Positions 13,991-26,906 of a stretch of DNA of 64,000 nt are shown one piece after another. The notes beneath the pieces were generated by a model that did not search any database, had not been told where the DNA came from, and was given only the letters and a program-made list of their open reading frames with translations. This DNA comes from Octopus sinensis (Eukaryota). The position numbers were made by a program, and so were the translations under genes. How positions within the stretch are numbered: the stretch's first letter is position 1; every line of letters starts with the position of its first letter. Location of the stretch: positions 13,718 to 77,717 of the forward strand of contig NW_021833255.1 in the NCBI RefSeq assembly GCF_006345805.1, written 5' to 3'.

Positions 13991-15056
13991 TTCTCAGGCT
14001 CTCATGTTTTTTTTTGCATGAGAAATAGAATAACCAATAATTAAATTGTATGTATATAGAATAAAGAATGTATCGACTTTTCTTTTGCATAGTGACAGAT
14101 TTTTTGTGTTTGACAGGTTTTCGTGTTGCAGAAATACTGCTCTTTCAAGTCGACGTGTGGAGCAGAGGGCCGGCCAGAGCCCGGAATAGATCATACAGAA
14201 TTAAATGCATAAGATTAAAGAAAGAGAACGATCAGTGATAATTAGCGATAACATCACATAAACATACCCGTATAATCATATTCCAATGCATGAGCTATCG
14301 TAATAAAAGGTGGACAGCAACATTTACACTTTATCACGTGTATGAACAGGGTGTGAGTAGAATAAAAGTTTCGAATCAAATAAATACTAAAGCTAACATT
14401 AGCAATAATAAAAATTAAGAGAGGGAAATATAGCCTTGAGATATATGTAATTAATTCATATACACATTCTCAGCCATATATCAATGTAAAATACGTTGAC
14501 GAAGCAAAGTTAAAGCTTGCTTGGAGATGTTAATGACGATTAACAATTGAATATTAGATATTTTGTTTTTACCTAAGCTGGAGAAGTGCATACGCTAAAC
14601 GGATTCCAACAACGATGAGGATTAGAGAATAATACAAATTGTTCAGATCTGTCATAGTTTCGGCATTGCATATGAGGGGTCAGGAGCAACTTGAGAAAAA
14701 TGACAAAGAAGAGGTAAGTCAAAAGAAGCATACACGCGAATACACACTGATATACGAAACATACGCTCACAAATACATACATACAGACGTATGTTGTCGT
14801 AGTCGAAATTAGCTCGTATTCGAGTACTAAATCTGTAGCGAGTGATTGAGTCTCTTCATCCTGGTTGGTACGAAAGAATGTGTGTCTGTCTGTGTGAATC
14901 CCTAAAACTACACAACCAATTTCATTCAAATTTTACACATGCCATACTTAGGGTCCATGTAGTGTCATAGGCAAAAAAGTTTTAACTTTTTGCCTAGTGC
15001 GAGCCCACAGCAATATCATATCTTCTCCACTATTTCAGTATTACGTGTATTAGTGG

Positions 15057-15098
<42 letters not shown>

Positions 15099-15334
15099 AA
15101 AAGGTAATAAAATAAATTATTATTACCGGTGATCTAGTACTAGATCACCGGTAATAATAATTTATTTTATTACCTTTTTACTATGTTCACATATCACTCG
15201 ATAAATTTTTGATCGTAGACCCTCTCTGTTTGTCGGGTATGTTCTGCGTCTGCGCAATGGTTTGAAAAGTTAGAGAATGCAAGTCGGTAGAACCGCACAT
15301 GCTTCTAACGATATGTACTTCTAGGATAACAAAG

Positions 15335-15416
15335 GCTGCTTACTGAAGAGTCTAGCCTTGGCAGATAAATTATATTTACTGCTAAAAAAAAGACGAAACT
15401 GCAGTATAAGATGAGC
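15335..15416 (+). ncRNA. Minimal type I hammerhead ribozyme (stem III CTGCAG)
   Basis: CTTA-CTGAAGA-GTCT..AGAC-GAAA-CTGCAG-TA-TAAG: all core bases present, stems I and II pair, predicted GUA cut after 15406. Confidence 0.85.
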
Positions 15417-15521
15417 CAAGTTTGTAAACGTTTTTGATTTTCATTTCATTGAATTTATCCATTTTTTGTGTATCTAGTACTTGCTTCTTCTTTTAGAGGC
15501 CTTTAATGTACTTATATATAT

Positions 15522-15627
<106 letters not shown>

Positions 15628-15747
15628 ATATGTGGGTATGTATATACTTGTATATATATATATATATATTATATATATATATATATGTGTGTGTGTGTAT
15701 ATATATGTGGGTATGTATATACGTGTATATATATATATATATATATA

Positions 15748-16160
15748 CATAAACGGCAGTTTGTCTGTCTGTGTGTCTGTGTGTCTGTCAGGTTTGTACC
15801 CTCACCCTGACAACGGCTTTCAACCGATTCTGATGAAACTTAACACATACATAGCCCAATGTCATAATTCAAAACTAACGCAGCTAAAATTTTGAAAAGT
15901 TTCCCCAGTTCTGAAAAACATCGATAAATTCGACATGGGGTCGAGAATCTAAGCTTTTTATATGCAACACATTTTCTGTCTAGGGGACACAACTCGACCT
16001 TTTTATCGCCCAAAGGGACAGCTAGGAACATCGTATACACAGAAGTATTCGAGTGAAGAGAAGACATTGCAACCTATACATGCGCCTTCGTTCCCTAGAG
16101 GGAAAGGACTAGATTGGGATTAGTCGTTGCCTACTAGGGGCTCTTACATACCCGGGCAAA
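15748..16160 (+). mobile_element. Helitron-like element, internally deleted and 3'-truncated copy
   Basis: Shares both ends with 59911-61033 and stops within the terminal hairpin. Confidence 0.65.
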
Positions 16161-17310
16161 TAGAGATAAAACCACTATTAGGCAAATCAAACAATGAAAA
16201 ACATAAGCCAATACGTAAAATTAATTAATTTATATTATTTTAAATATATATCAAAAGTATTAAAAGTTTAATAAAAGATAAAGAGTAAAACACTACGATC
16301 GTTTCATGGCTGTACAATTCGTAATAATTCGAGTTATAGTTACAGTCAATCTTCAGGTTAATTGAAATCTCTAAAATATAATCAGAAATATTTAAACAAT
16401 ATTTTTAAGATATGAAAAATATAATAATTTTACTTATAATAAACTCTATTATCAAACTAGAAACATAAAACTTAACAATTATGATTAGATCAAAATCGAC
16501 TATAATGTTAAATATTAATTTTAATTTATAAGGTAGGAAACCCACCAATAATCTAATATCGGTATTAATCTATATCTAATTACATAAATATTTAAAAATG
16601 ACTATTATATATAAATTATCAATGAAAATATATAAATGTATATAAATATTATAATTAAGATCTAAAATAATCTCTATAAATAAATATATATGCACCTATA
16701 ATAAAAACCTAATAAATTAATTTTTCATATTTAAAGATGAAATAGCTAATTTCAAAATACAAATAAACAAACTTAAACGAATTTTCGGAAATTTATGTAA
16801 AATACTTATAGAAATAATCAATTCGTAGTAATATAGTATCGAATAAATACTATAAATACTATAAATATAATTATCAATGGGAATAACTAGCGAATATCAA
16901 TGTAAAAAAATAACTAAGTTATGCTATTAAATTAGACATGGCCTGGACCAATCTTTAGTCGAAACATATCTAAGTTTATCTAATTTAATTATAAATTTAA
17001 AACTACAATTAATACTATTAAAACATGTATATACAAAAGCCTATCTTTATACACCTCGTATACTTGCTATCAAATAACAAATCTATCGCTAAGTAGTATC
17101 TTACGAATAAACTTAAATTTAATATCTAATAATATAGAAAATTACGATAATTAGATCATTACATAAATAACGATATTTACAAAAGGAAAATATTATTACA
17201 CCAAAGACTTATACAATATTAAAATATACAATTTGAAGATCTTAAATATAAATAAATGCTTATCTTAGCGAGGTTTAGCAATGAACTAAAATTTTGAATC
17301 GGAAAACGTT
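16146..17310 (-). repeat. AT-rich PLE pLTR-like repeat (same family at 54891-55930; fragments at 35590 and 39085)
   Basis: Shared word GAGATAAAACCACTATTAGGCAAATCAAAC, collinear with 54891-55930, and contains a hammerhead motif. Confidence 0.7.
16291..16359 (-). ncRNA. Partly degenerate hammerhead (CGATCG family)
   Basis: CTGAAGA..GAAA-CGATCG-TA. Stem II TGACTGTA/TACAGCCA, with a mismatched closing pair and weak stem I. Confidence 0.55.
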
Positions 17311-19023
17311 TTTACAGCGTTTATAAGAATACTCGTGGAATTACGTTATTAGCAAAAAAAAGAATAAATTGTTGAAGAATTCATTAAGCGTGAGGAACAT
17401 ACGCTTTATCAATGAGATTGTGAATGGGAAAATTAATGGTTTATCATTGTAAATAGAATGAAGTCACAAATAAAGAATAAAATCTCTTTATACTATAATA
17501 TTTATTAATAAAATAACTATGATAAATAATACTTAATACAAAATAAATTAAATGATTTAAATGATTAAAAACCACTAATTATTAAATATATTCTAAAAAA
17601 CTTATATGATTAATAAATATATAAAAAAGTTTTTTTATATAGTAACCTCTCATCATACTATAAAGTCTTTCCCCTTGCTCTTATAGTTATAAGCTAAAAT
17701 TATTGATCATAACCAAATCTATAAATACTTATCAAAATTTGTAGCATAACTATACCTACGTATACATAAATATATAAAAAAATATATATACATATACATA
17801 TATATACATATATATATACATATATATATACATACATATACATACACATATACACATACATACACACATACATACATATACATATATACACACATATATA
17901 TACACACATACACATATGCACACACATACATACATATACATACATACAATACTCAATATATACACATACACCTATATACACACACACATAAATAAATGTA
18001 TATACATATATATACACGCACATCAACATATACACATATATACATACACACACTACCTCATATATCGTATAATAAATACGTATATAAATGTCTATATTCA
18101 TACTACAATACAAAATAGAGGTAAACATTAAGTTTAATCTAAATAATTAATCTACTAATCTATACTTCTATATTAAATAAAATAGATTAAATAAACAACT
18201 AAATAAGTCTATTTCAAATATAAAGAGATTACATACAAATAGATTAATATAACAAAATTATAATTTAACGAAATTATAACTGAAATATAACAAAATATAT
18301 AATATAAATAAAATTGTAACTTACCAGACTCTATATTCAATAAACCATTAAATATTTATTATATATATCTAATGTAGGATAACATTTTTTCGAAAAAAAA
18401 TTTATCAATGGCCAGCATATTAAAAAATACCTTTAAAGGTTAAATTATAAACAACTTATAAATAAGGGCAAACGAAAAAACTTTTTCGTTTGCCCTTATT
18501 TATAAGTTGTATATATACATACATACATTATGATTGCTCATAATCCACACTGATTGCTGAAGTATAAAGACGTGTCTTTACTCCTCTCCGCGCCGGTCAG
18601 CAGCAAGCTTCACAGCTACAAACGAAATTGACCATCACATATATTCTTGTATATTTGAAACCACGCGTCTTCCCAACTCGTGAGTAGACTTTTCTTTAAC
18701 TACAAATTATGCTCATAAATTTCAAACGACCAAATAAACAAAACCACACACTTCTACGAGAGAGTATTTATTTATATATACACTTCGTCAACACCTTCTG
18801 ATAACTAAAGGATCAACCACACATTAAAAATTAGAAAAAGAGGGGAAAAAAAAGAAAAGAAAAGAAAGATAAAATAACTGCAAGCTCATAATTCAAATAC
18901 AAATTTCTCAGTATTACATCAAACATTCTGTACAATCTATTCTACATACGTCTCCTTAAAAAAAATAAGATAAAATAAAATAAAAAATAAAAGTAAATAA
19001 AAATAATCAACAAAACAAACGAA

Positions 19024-19437
19024 CAGGAGTGGCTGTGTGGTAAGTAGGTTGCTAACCAACCACATGGTTCCGGGTTCAGTCCCACTGCGTGGCATCTTGG
19101 GCAAGTGTCTTCTGCTATAGCCCCGGGCCGACCAATGCCTTGTGAGTGGATTTGGTAGACAGAAACTGAAAGAAGCCCGTCGTATATATGTATATATATA
19201 TATATATGTGTGTGTATGTGTGTGTGTTTGTGTGTGTGTTTGTCCCCCTAGCATTGCTTGACAACCGATGCTGGTGTGTTTACGTCCCCGTCACTTAGCG
19301 GTTCGGCAAAAAGAGACCGATAGAATAAGTACTGGGCTTACAAAGAATAAGTCCCGGGGTCGATTTGCTCGACTAAAGGCGGTGCTCCAGCATGGCCGCA
19401 GTCAAATGACTGAAACAAGTAAAAGAGTAAAGAGAGT
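19024..19437 (+). mobile_element. tRNA-derived SINE family 1, full length, inside the LINE 5' region
   Basis: Head GGAGTGGCTGTGTGGTAAG..GGTTCAGTCCC, internal microsatellite, tail (AAAAGAGT)n. Confidence 0.85.
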
Positions 19438-19836
19438 AACAAAATAAAATTTAATAAAACATATCCACCAGAATGGCTAGCCACCAAAAATCCAACAAAA
19501 ACTGGTCTGATAATGAAATCGACGTTTTATCAGCACATGGCGTGGCCTTACCCAAACTGAGAGAATAGGAGCTTCGTGTCTGAACGAAATTGCTAAACGA
19601 ACAGTTCACCATTTGCAAACTCGATCTGAACAGCAGATACAAAATAAGTTAAAACAAATCGAAGTTGCTTTTAAATTAATAAATAAACACTTCGATAAAC
19701 TGAGATGTGTTTTCTCTTCGAACGCATCTCCGGCACAACAACAACAACAACAACCTCAACAACAAACAGCGGCAACAACAAGAGTATGAACCACTCCTTG
19801 ATTCTTCTACAATGGCCGATTTGCTAAACGAAACGA

Positions 19837-20538
19837 TTGACCCCCCCAGTCATCAGGGTCACACAGCAGGAAGCACCACCCCTTCCTTTCACTGCCCCAG
19901 CAGCTCAATCATCATCATTGTCAACATCTTCTCCCCTGCTTACAACTACTAGTACTACACCCACTATCTATCCACAAACATCTTTGTCTACCGCTATATC
20001 ATGGAATCCACCTCCTCAATCATCATCACTGTCATCATCTCTTCTGCCTACTACTACTACTACAACTACTACTACTAATGCTATCTCAAGGAGTCTACCT
20101 CCTACAGGTCACAAAGGTCGCCAAAACCTCAACAAACTATCATCTACAACTCATACACGCACCTACACACCCACTCGAAACCCCATCATTTGCCGATATT
20201 CTCTTCGCCATAAATTATGCACTGATAGCGACTGCAAATTCACCCATTTACCGGGAACAAAACGCTATATCCCCACAAACTACAACAGCTACCACCATAA
20301 TGCATACTCTATTACAACACCACCACAACCACCAATAACTAAAAGAAGGAATCCTCAAATCTGCCGCTATTCCCAGCGAGACAGATTGTGTTTGCACAGA
20401 GATTACCCCTTTACCCATCTCCCGGGGACTCGTCGGACAATTGATTATAAAAGTAAAAATAAAAACAAAAAAACCTACGACTCATATAACAATAACCACA
20501 ACCACAGTCACATACAGTTCCCTACAATAACCATATAA
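19837..20538 (+). pseudogene. LINE ORF1 segment with two CCCH-type zinc-finger repeats
   Basis: RNPIICRYSLRHKLCTDSDCKFTHLPGT and RNPQICRYSQRDRLCLHRDYPFTHLPGT after a Ser/Thr-rich linker. Confidence 0.7.
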
Positions 20539-20756
20539 TAATAACCACAACCACAGTCACCTACAGTTCCCTAGACAGGAAACTTCTTTCTCTTTTTTAG
20601 CTATAATTAATCTAGCAAAAGAACTGGAAAAAAAACATCCGAGCTATCACCCATCACCATTCACCACTATCACCCCACTGCACATGCCATTAAAAAAGCA
20701 ATCAAATAAACAAAACACCAAAACAATTAAAAATATCCACTCTCGCCTCAACATTT

Positions 20757-21614
20757 TTGCTTAATGCCCAAGGCATCAGCCCTTCCACCAATACTCAAAA
20801 ATGGAAGATAAAATTCCTGGAGGACTGGGTCGATACCCATCCAAACCACATCCCTTTCTTCGTCCTCACTGAAACCCATCTTAGTAACCTCCACTTGGAA
20901 GCCGAGGTGAAAGTTAAAAATTTCAAAGCCATTCGTGCTGATCGTGCTGGCAGAAGAAAGGGTGGGACTGCCATTTATGTTCATGATTCTTTCTCAACAG
21001 AGGTTATGAACATATTTTCCAATGGATACTGCGAAGCAGTCGCTGTATTAAGTCAACCCAACAACTTAACAGTAGTTGGGCTCTACAGACCACCCCAAAC
21101 GCCCCTACCATGCTTCAAGGAATGCCTCAATAACATAAAGTGTTTCATTCAGCAGTATCAATCTGACAACATCTTAATGATGGGGGACTTCAATCTCCCT
21201 GGAGTTGACTGGTCTATAAACAGTCTGCCGCTAGGTTCTTCTGCCTCAACCCCTGACAGGGAGGCAGTGGAATCGCTTCATGATTTCATGGATGATTTTT
21301 TCCTGTCCCAACTGGTGCTCGAACCAACGGGATGTCACAAAAACGTCCTAGACTTAATTTTCAGCAATCACACTGACACTATCCATAATATTGTAGTGGA
21401 GAAAACCCTACTCTCCGACCATGACATGGTTCTCTGTGATCTGAGATTTCACCGGCCAAAATGCAAAACAAATGTCATCCCTCCTGTCCATCCATTTGAC
21501 ACTATGGATTTCCACAACGCAAACTGGGAAGCGATCAGTAATGATCTTGCACAAGTCGATTGGTCCTTCACGCACACATACACACCCACTAACATAAAAA
21601 AAAAACATCAATAA
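20757..21614 (+). pseudogene. LINE ORF2 APE endonuclease domain
   Basis: Motifs LNAQGI, LTETHL, GGTAIYV, GLYRPP, MGDFNLP, LDLIFSN, SDHDMV. Confidence 0.92.
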
Positions 21615-22024
21615 GTCCTGGCAGTCATTTGTAGACACCATTACGAACATATGTGCAAAACACACCCCATTAAGATCTGCAAACAAATCTAAGTGCAGAA
21701 TCCCCAGAAATAGAAAAAACTCTCATCAGGAAAATTAAAAGAATCAACAAAAAAATCAACAAGCTAAAATACTGCCAACAGCAACACACCAACCTGACTG
21801 CCATCACGTCACTAGAGATTAAAAAAACATAACCTCTAAAACAACATGATGTCTATCATCAATAGTCAGAGAAGAGCTGAAGAGGCCTGGGCCATTGAGA
21901 AGATCAAACTTAATCCCAAAGTGTCCTTCTCATTTGCAAAACAACACAAAGTTACTGGCTCTACTGTTGGCCCTCTGATTGATGAAAATCGTACTCTTCA
22001 AGACAATGCCAAAACCAGGGAGAG

Positions 22025-23716
22025 ATGTTGCAAAAACAATACTGCTCTGTTTTCAGCAATCCTGATATGGCTGATCTGGGCTGTATCACTGATGTTACTC
22101 CCCAATACACTTTATCGGACATAACCTTTGGCGCTCCTGATGTCTTAGCAGCAATAAAGGAAATGAAGCATAATTCAGCAGTAGGTCCCGATAGGTTCCC
22201 TGCTTGTGTCTTGAAGATGTGTCAACACCAACTTGCACCTCCTCTAGCCAATCTGTGGCGGAACTCACTGGATGCTGGATATATACCAGAAAACCTTCTA
22301 TCCCAGTCTGTTGTCCCAGTTTTCAAAAAAGGAAACAAATCTCTTGCCGTGAATTACCGTCCAATCTCACTCACCTCTCATATCATTAAGGTATTTGAGA
22401 GAGTGGTGAGATCGCGTATGACTCACTTCCTTGAGAGTCATAATATGCTGAACTCCAACCAGTATGGATTCCGTAATGGAAGGGATTGCCTGACACAGCT
22501 ACTGCATCACTTCGATGACATTTTGAGAGCCTTGGGAGAGGGTTCCAACACTGATGTTATCTACCTTGATTTCAGCAAGGCCTTTGACAGGGTTGATCAT
22601 AAGATCCTTTTGAGAAAGCTGTCCAATATTAGTGTCACTGGAAAGCTGCTGCAGTGGATCAAGTGCTTCCTGTCTAACAGAACCCAACATGTTGTAGTCG
22701 AAGGAGTCAAATCCAGCCCAGCCAAAGTCAGCAGTGGTGTCCCACAAGGCACTGTGTTGGGCCCACTTCTCTTCATCATCTACATTAATGACATCACTGA
22801 CATCATCAAACACAGTAACATCAGAATTTTTGCTGATGATTCCAAGCTCCAGAAGGTCATCAATGTCGTGGATGACCGGATAAACCTTCAGTCAGACCTA
22901 CTGGCTGTTGTCCAATGGGCGGAAAAGAACAACATGTTGCTAAACGAAGACAAATTCGAATTGATCCACTTTGGAAGGGAGGACGCTCTGAAACTCCCAT
23001 ACTCCCTTCCTTCTGGTGAAACTCTCATGGCGTCTAACAACAGCAGAGACTTGGGAGTAACTGTGGACAACAACATAAGCTGGGCTACACATATAAGCAG
23101 CAAAGTTGACATGGCCCGCAGAATGTGTTCCTGGATTCTCAGAACCTTCCAGTCGAGAGATTCCCACACCATTATCCTTCTCTTCTCCACCTTTTCCCGA
23201 CCTCACCTTGAATACTGCTGTCCACTGTGGTCTCCCTACACGAAACGGAATATTATGAAAGTTGAAGCTCCCCAAAGGTCAATCACGAAAAAGATAGATG
23301 GCATGTCAGACCTTGACTACTGGGATCGACTGGAAAAGCTGAAACTGTATTCACTCCAACGACGCCGTGAACGCTACATTATCTGTATGACGTGGAAAAT
23401 ATTCCATCAGCACTGTCCAAATGATATTAGTATCACCTTCAAAATACATCCAAGACTTGGACCCCGTGCCATCCGTCCACAACAAAAATCTCAATCGCAT
23501 CTCATAACAACATTGTGGCACAATTATTTCACCGCAATTGGACCCGCCTTCTTCAACATTACACTAAGACACGTCAAAACAGAAACTGACCACACAAAAT
23601 TCAAGAAGATTTTGGACAAATTCCTTCAAACAGTCCCGGACAAACTACCCACACCCGGATATGTCTCCGCAAACAATAACTCTCTGCTCGAATGGGCCTT
23701 GGTGCCCAAATCCTGA
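22025..23716 (+). pseudogene. LINE ORF2 reverse transcriptase domain
   Basis: Motifs NYRPISLTS, YLDFSKAFDRVDH, GVPQGTVLGPLLF, FADDSK, RPHLEYC. Separated from the endonuclease by stops and frameshifts. Confidence 0.94.
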
Positions 23717-23925
23717 ATTGAAAGACTTCACCAGGTGGCGCTATTAAGTTAGACATGGCCTGGGCCAATACTGGGCAAAACCTTTCTAAGTTATTCTAAG
23801 TTATATATATGACACTACATTTTTATTATTATTTTTTTTGTATATATTTATTATTATTTTTTTGCAAAAAACAATGTAATTTTCTTTTTTCCCCCTCCTC
23901 AAATTTAAAAAAAAATTTTATTTAC

Positions 23926-23967
23926 AATTCTTGAAAAGTCACATTGTGACGAAAACCGGTTTGAATT
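23926..23967 (+). ncRNA. Inactivated hammerhead relic (stem III ACCGGT)
   Basis: AATTC-TTGAAAA-GTCAC ATT GTGAC-GAAA-ACCGGT-TT-GAATT: stems intact, core carries C3U and G8A changes. Confidence 0.5.
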
Positions 23968-25431
23968 AATATATATATATTTTATCAATTTTTCAAAATT
24001 TTCCATACACCCATTTTCATAAAAAATTTTCTTTCAATTTAGCATTCTGCCTTTTTATAATTTTTCCTTGCCTATATATATATATATATATATATATATC
24101 TTTCTGTGTGTGTGTGTGTGCATACATATGTGATCCCATCAGTTAATATTTAATTTCTTTATATTGATACAGGGCCTATACAACGGATCCATTCTTGGCC
24201 TGAATTAAAATCATAAAGAGGCGTGAAGAATTACTCGAATATTCTTTCTCAGCGTCACCAATTCTATTCAACGATATTCGTCATAGAACTAATATTTCCT
24301 GCTGCTGGATCTTCGGTTTCTGAACGTCTGGATTACATGGCATCACTCAACATGCAATAGAAACTACATCGTAAACCCGAAACATACAAGTTTTCTAAAC
24401 TAATATTAATTATACTTAAACAAATCAAAGAATTTAGACCATATTGCAGACTGATCTCTCTTGGAGTTTACTACCACTATCTATGACGTACGCACTGATA
24501 TTTTACTATAAAATGTTATTATAAAAACCAAAGAACCAACTGGAATTGAAAACTCATTTTGTAATACTTAATTGGATCTCAAATATCCTTCAGCTGTTTC
24601 TTATGCATTTGTAAAGTCTCAGATTTACAGTAGATACAGAAGGATTCGGGCATGATGGTGTTAATTCCTGTCTCAAATAGTCAAATCCTTGAACCTTTAT
24701 TCTCTGCAGGTTTCTGTCACAGCCCTGTTTCTTTACTTATTTTATTGCATTTTCGCCTTAACTTGACATTTTCTATTCCGAAATAAAAGAGAACCTCAGT
24801 TAACAAACTCCATAACTGATGAATATTGTTACTTGAATTTATAGTAATTGCAAAGTAAAGTACATGTTTCTCGATAAAAAAAGTGTACTAATTTACTGTG
24901 ACCCTATAATTCTAACTGTACTGTACAAAAGACATTTTGTTCATAATTTTGGAAGAACACATTTTATTCTATGCAAAACACACTTGAGAAAACAAAGATC
25001 TGTTATATAATAAGTAATTTCAGAGAAGGCAATAACGCAACCTAATCAAAGTTATTACTTATTGAACTGCTACAATTGTTTGTTAGTGTATGTTAAGATT
25101 CCTCATCGATTGGTATAATTTCAGATTCTAAACGTCAATCGAAATTGATTTTATACAAACCAAAGAACCAAATGGAAGTTAACAAAGCAATTAATGTGTA
25201 TATTTACTTGAGTTATGATTGATTCGAAAATAACGTATATGTTTATCGATAAAAAATGTACTAATTTACCGTGAACATTAACTCTACCCAAAATGTACTA
25301 GAGGTACGTTATTGAAGTGCTACAATTGTTTGTTAGTGTATGTTAGATTCCTCATCGATTGATATAATTTCAGATTCTAAGCGTCAATCGAAACTTTGTG
25401 AGAATCTGGAAAACCTGAAGTTCAAGAGAAA

Positions 25432-26906
25432 ATGTCGAGGTTTATCAGATGGGTGAAACATTACACTTCATGTCGATGGAGATTATGTTATGCCTGTACT
25501 GTTGCTTTTCTTCTGATGCAAACATTAAGAGTTGATCTAAGCATGGCTTTTGTTTGTATGTTGAAACCACTCAATCGTACAACTGAGAAGGTTAACATTA
25601 CTGCAAACAACCGAGAGTGTTCTACTTCGGACAATATTCTATGAATCAAAACTATGAAGGAGAGTTCGAATGGAGCGATGCTCTACAATCGAATATGTTG
25701 GCAGGGTACTTCTATGGGTATATAGCAACTAATATTTTGGGTGGTGTATTGGCAGATAAATATGGTGGGAAAAGGGTTCTTGGAGGTTCACTTCTCATAG
25801 CATCAATTTTGACCATTCTTTACCCAAGTTTATCTCGAATTAGTGGTTACTTTACACTTTTTCTAAGGATATTAACTGGCATGGCATCGTCAGCGGTGCC
25901 CCCATCAATTCAGTCCTTATTTGGACGTTGGGGCCCTCCAAAAGAAATCAGTTCTTTGATTGGGTTTTCATTTGCTGGTCAGTTTATAGGTAGTATTGTA
26001 GGTCTTTCAATATCTGGTTTTCTTTGTGTTTATGGATTTGATAATGGATGGGGTTCCATATTTTATATATTTGGTGGAATATCGTTGGTATTTAGTTGTG
26101 TATGGTTTTACATTGTTTATGATAATCCAGACGTCCATCCCACAATCAGCGAAGAAGAACGTTCTTACTTAAAAAGGACTATAGTAAGTGAAAATGTAGT
26201 CAAGAATCTGCCTTGGCGACGACTGATTTTCTCACCTGCCGTATGGGCTATTAATTTCGGTATGTTTTCTTATGGCTGGACTGATATATCTTTCCAAGTA
26301 TTGCTCCCTCTGTATATGAAAGAAGCCTTAAACGTTAATACAACAGCGAACGGTTTAATGTCGTCTGTTCCTTCCATTGGACAAATCATTGCTCTACCGT
26401 TGTGTGGAAAATGTGCAGATATTTTACGTTCCAAGAAATATCTGTCAACTCGTTCCGTACGAGTTTTATTCCAAACATTTTCCATGGTGGCTTCAGCATG
26501 TCTGCTGATTGCCATAGGATTCCTTAGATGTGACCAAACCATTCTAATAACACTGCTTTTGTTTCTCAGTGGTATAACAATATCATTTACCAGTGGTGGT
26601 GCCCTCGTCAATAACAATGACATTGCTCCAAATTATGCTGGTGTTATATTTGGATTTGCCAACACATTTACTTCCATAGCAGGCTGCATTAGCGCCGTAT
26701 CTACTAACGCTCTAACACCAAACGGTACACAAAAAGAATGGCAGATCACGTTCGCCGTGTACGCTGCTATTTGTGTATTTGGTGCAATATTTTTTGCAAT
26801 ATTAGCAAAAGGAGAGATCCAAGATTGGACAGGTCCAGAAGTACCCGGATCATCTGTGCATCCTAGCAACAGGAATACAAAAGGAAGAGATGAGAAAATT
26901 CTTTGA
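25432..26906 (+). CDS. SLC17/sialin-like transporter, copy C, single exon, one 1-bp frameshift near 25630
   Basis: ORFs 25432-25644 and 25617-26906 join into a full-length protein (~491 aa) if one base is restored (GACAATATTCT vs GATAATTATTCA in copy F). Confidence 0.85.

Larger units (their letters stand above)
18530..23805 (+). mobile_element. Near full-length CR1/L2-group LINE, decayed (ORF1, APE endonuclease, RT)
   Basis: Component ORFs are listed separately. The 3' end is a (TCTAAGTTAT)-type repeat. The 5' boundary is approximate and no TSD was found. Confidence 0.88.
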
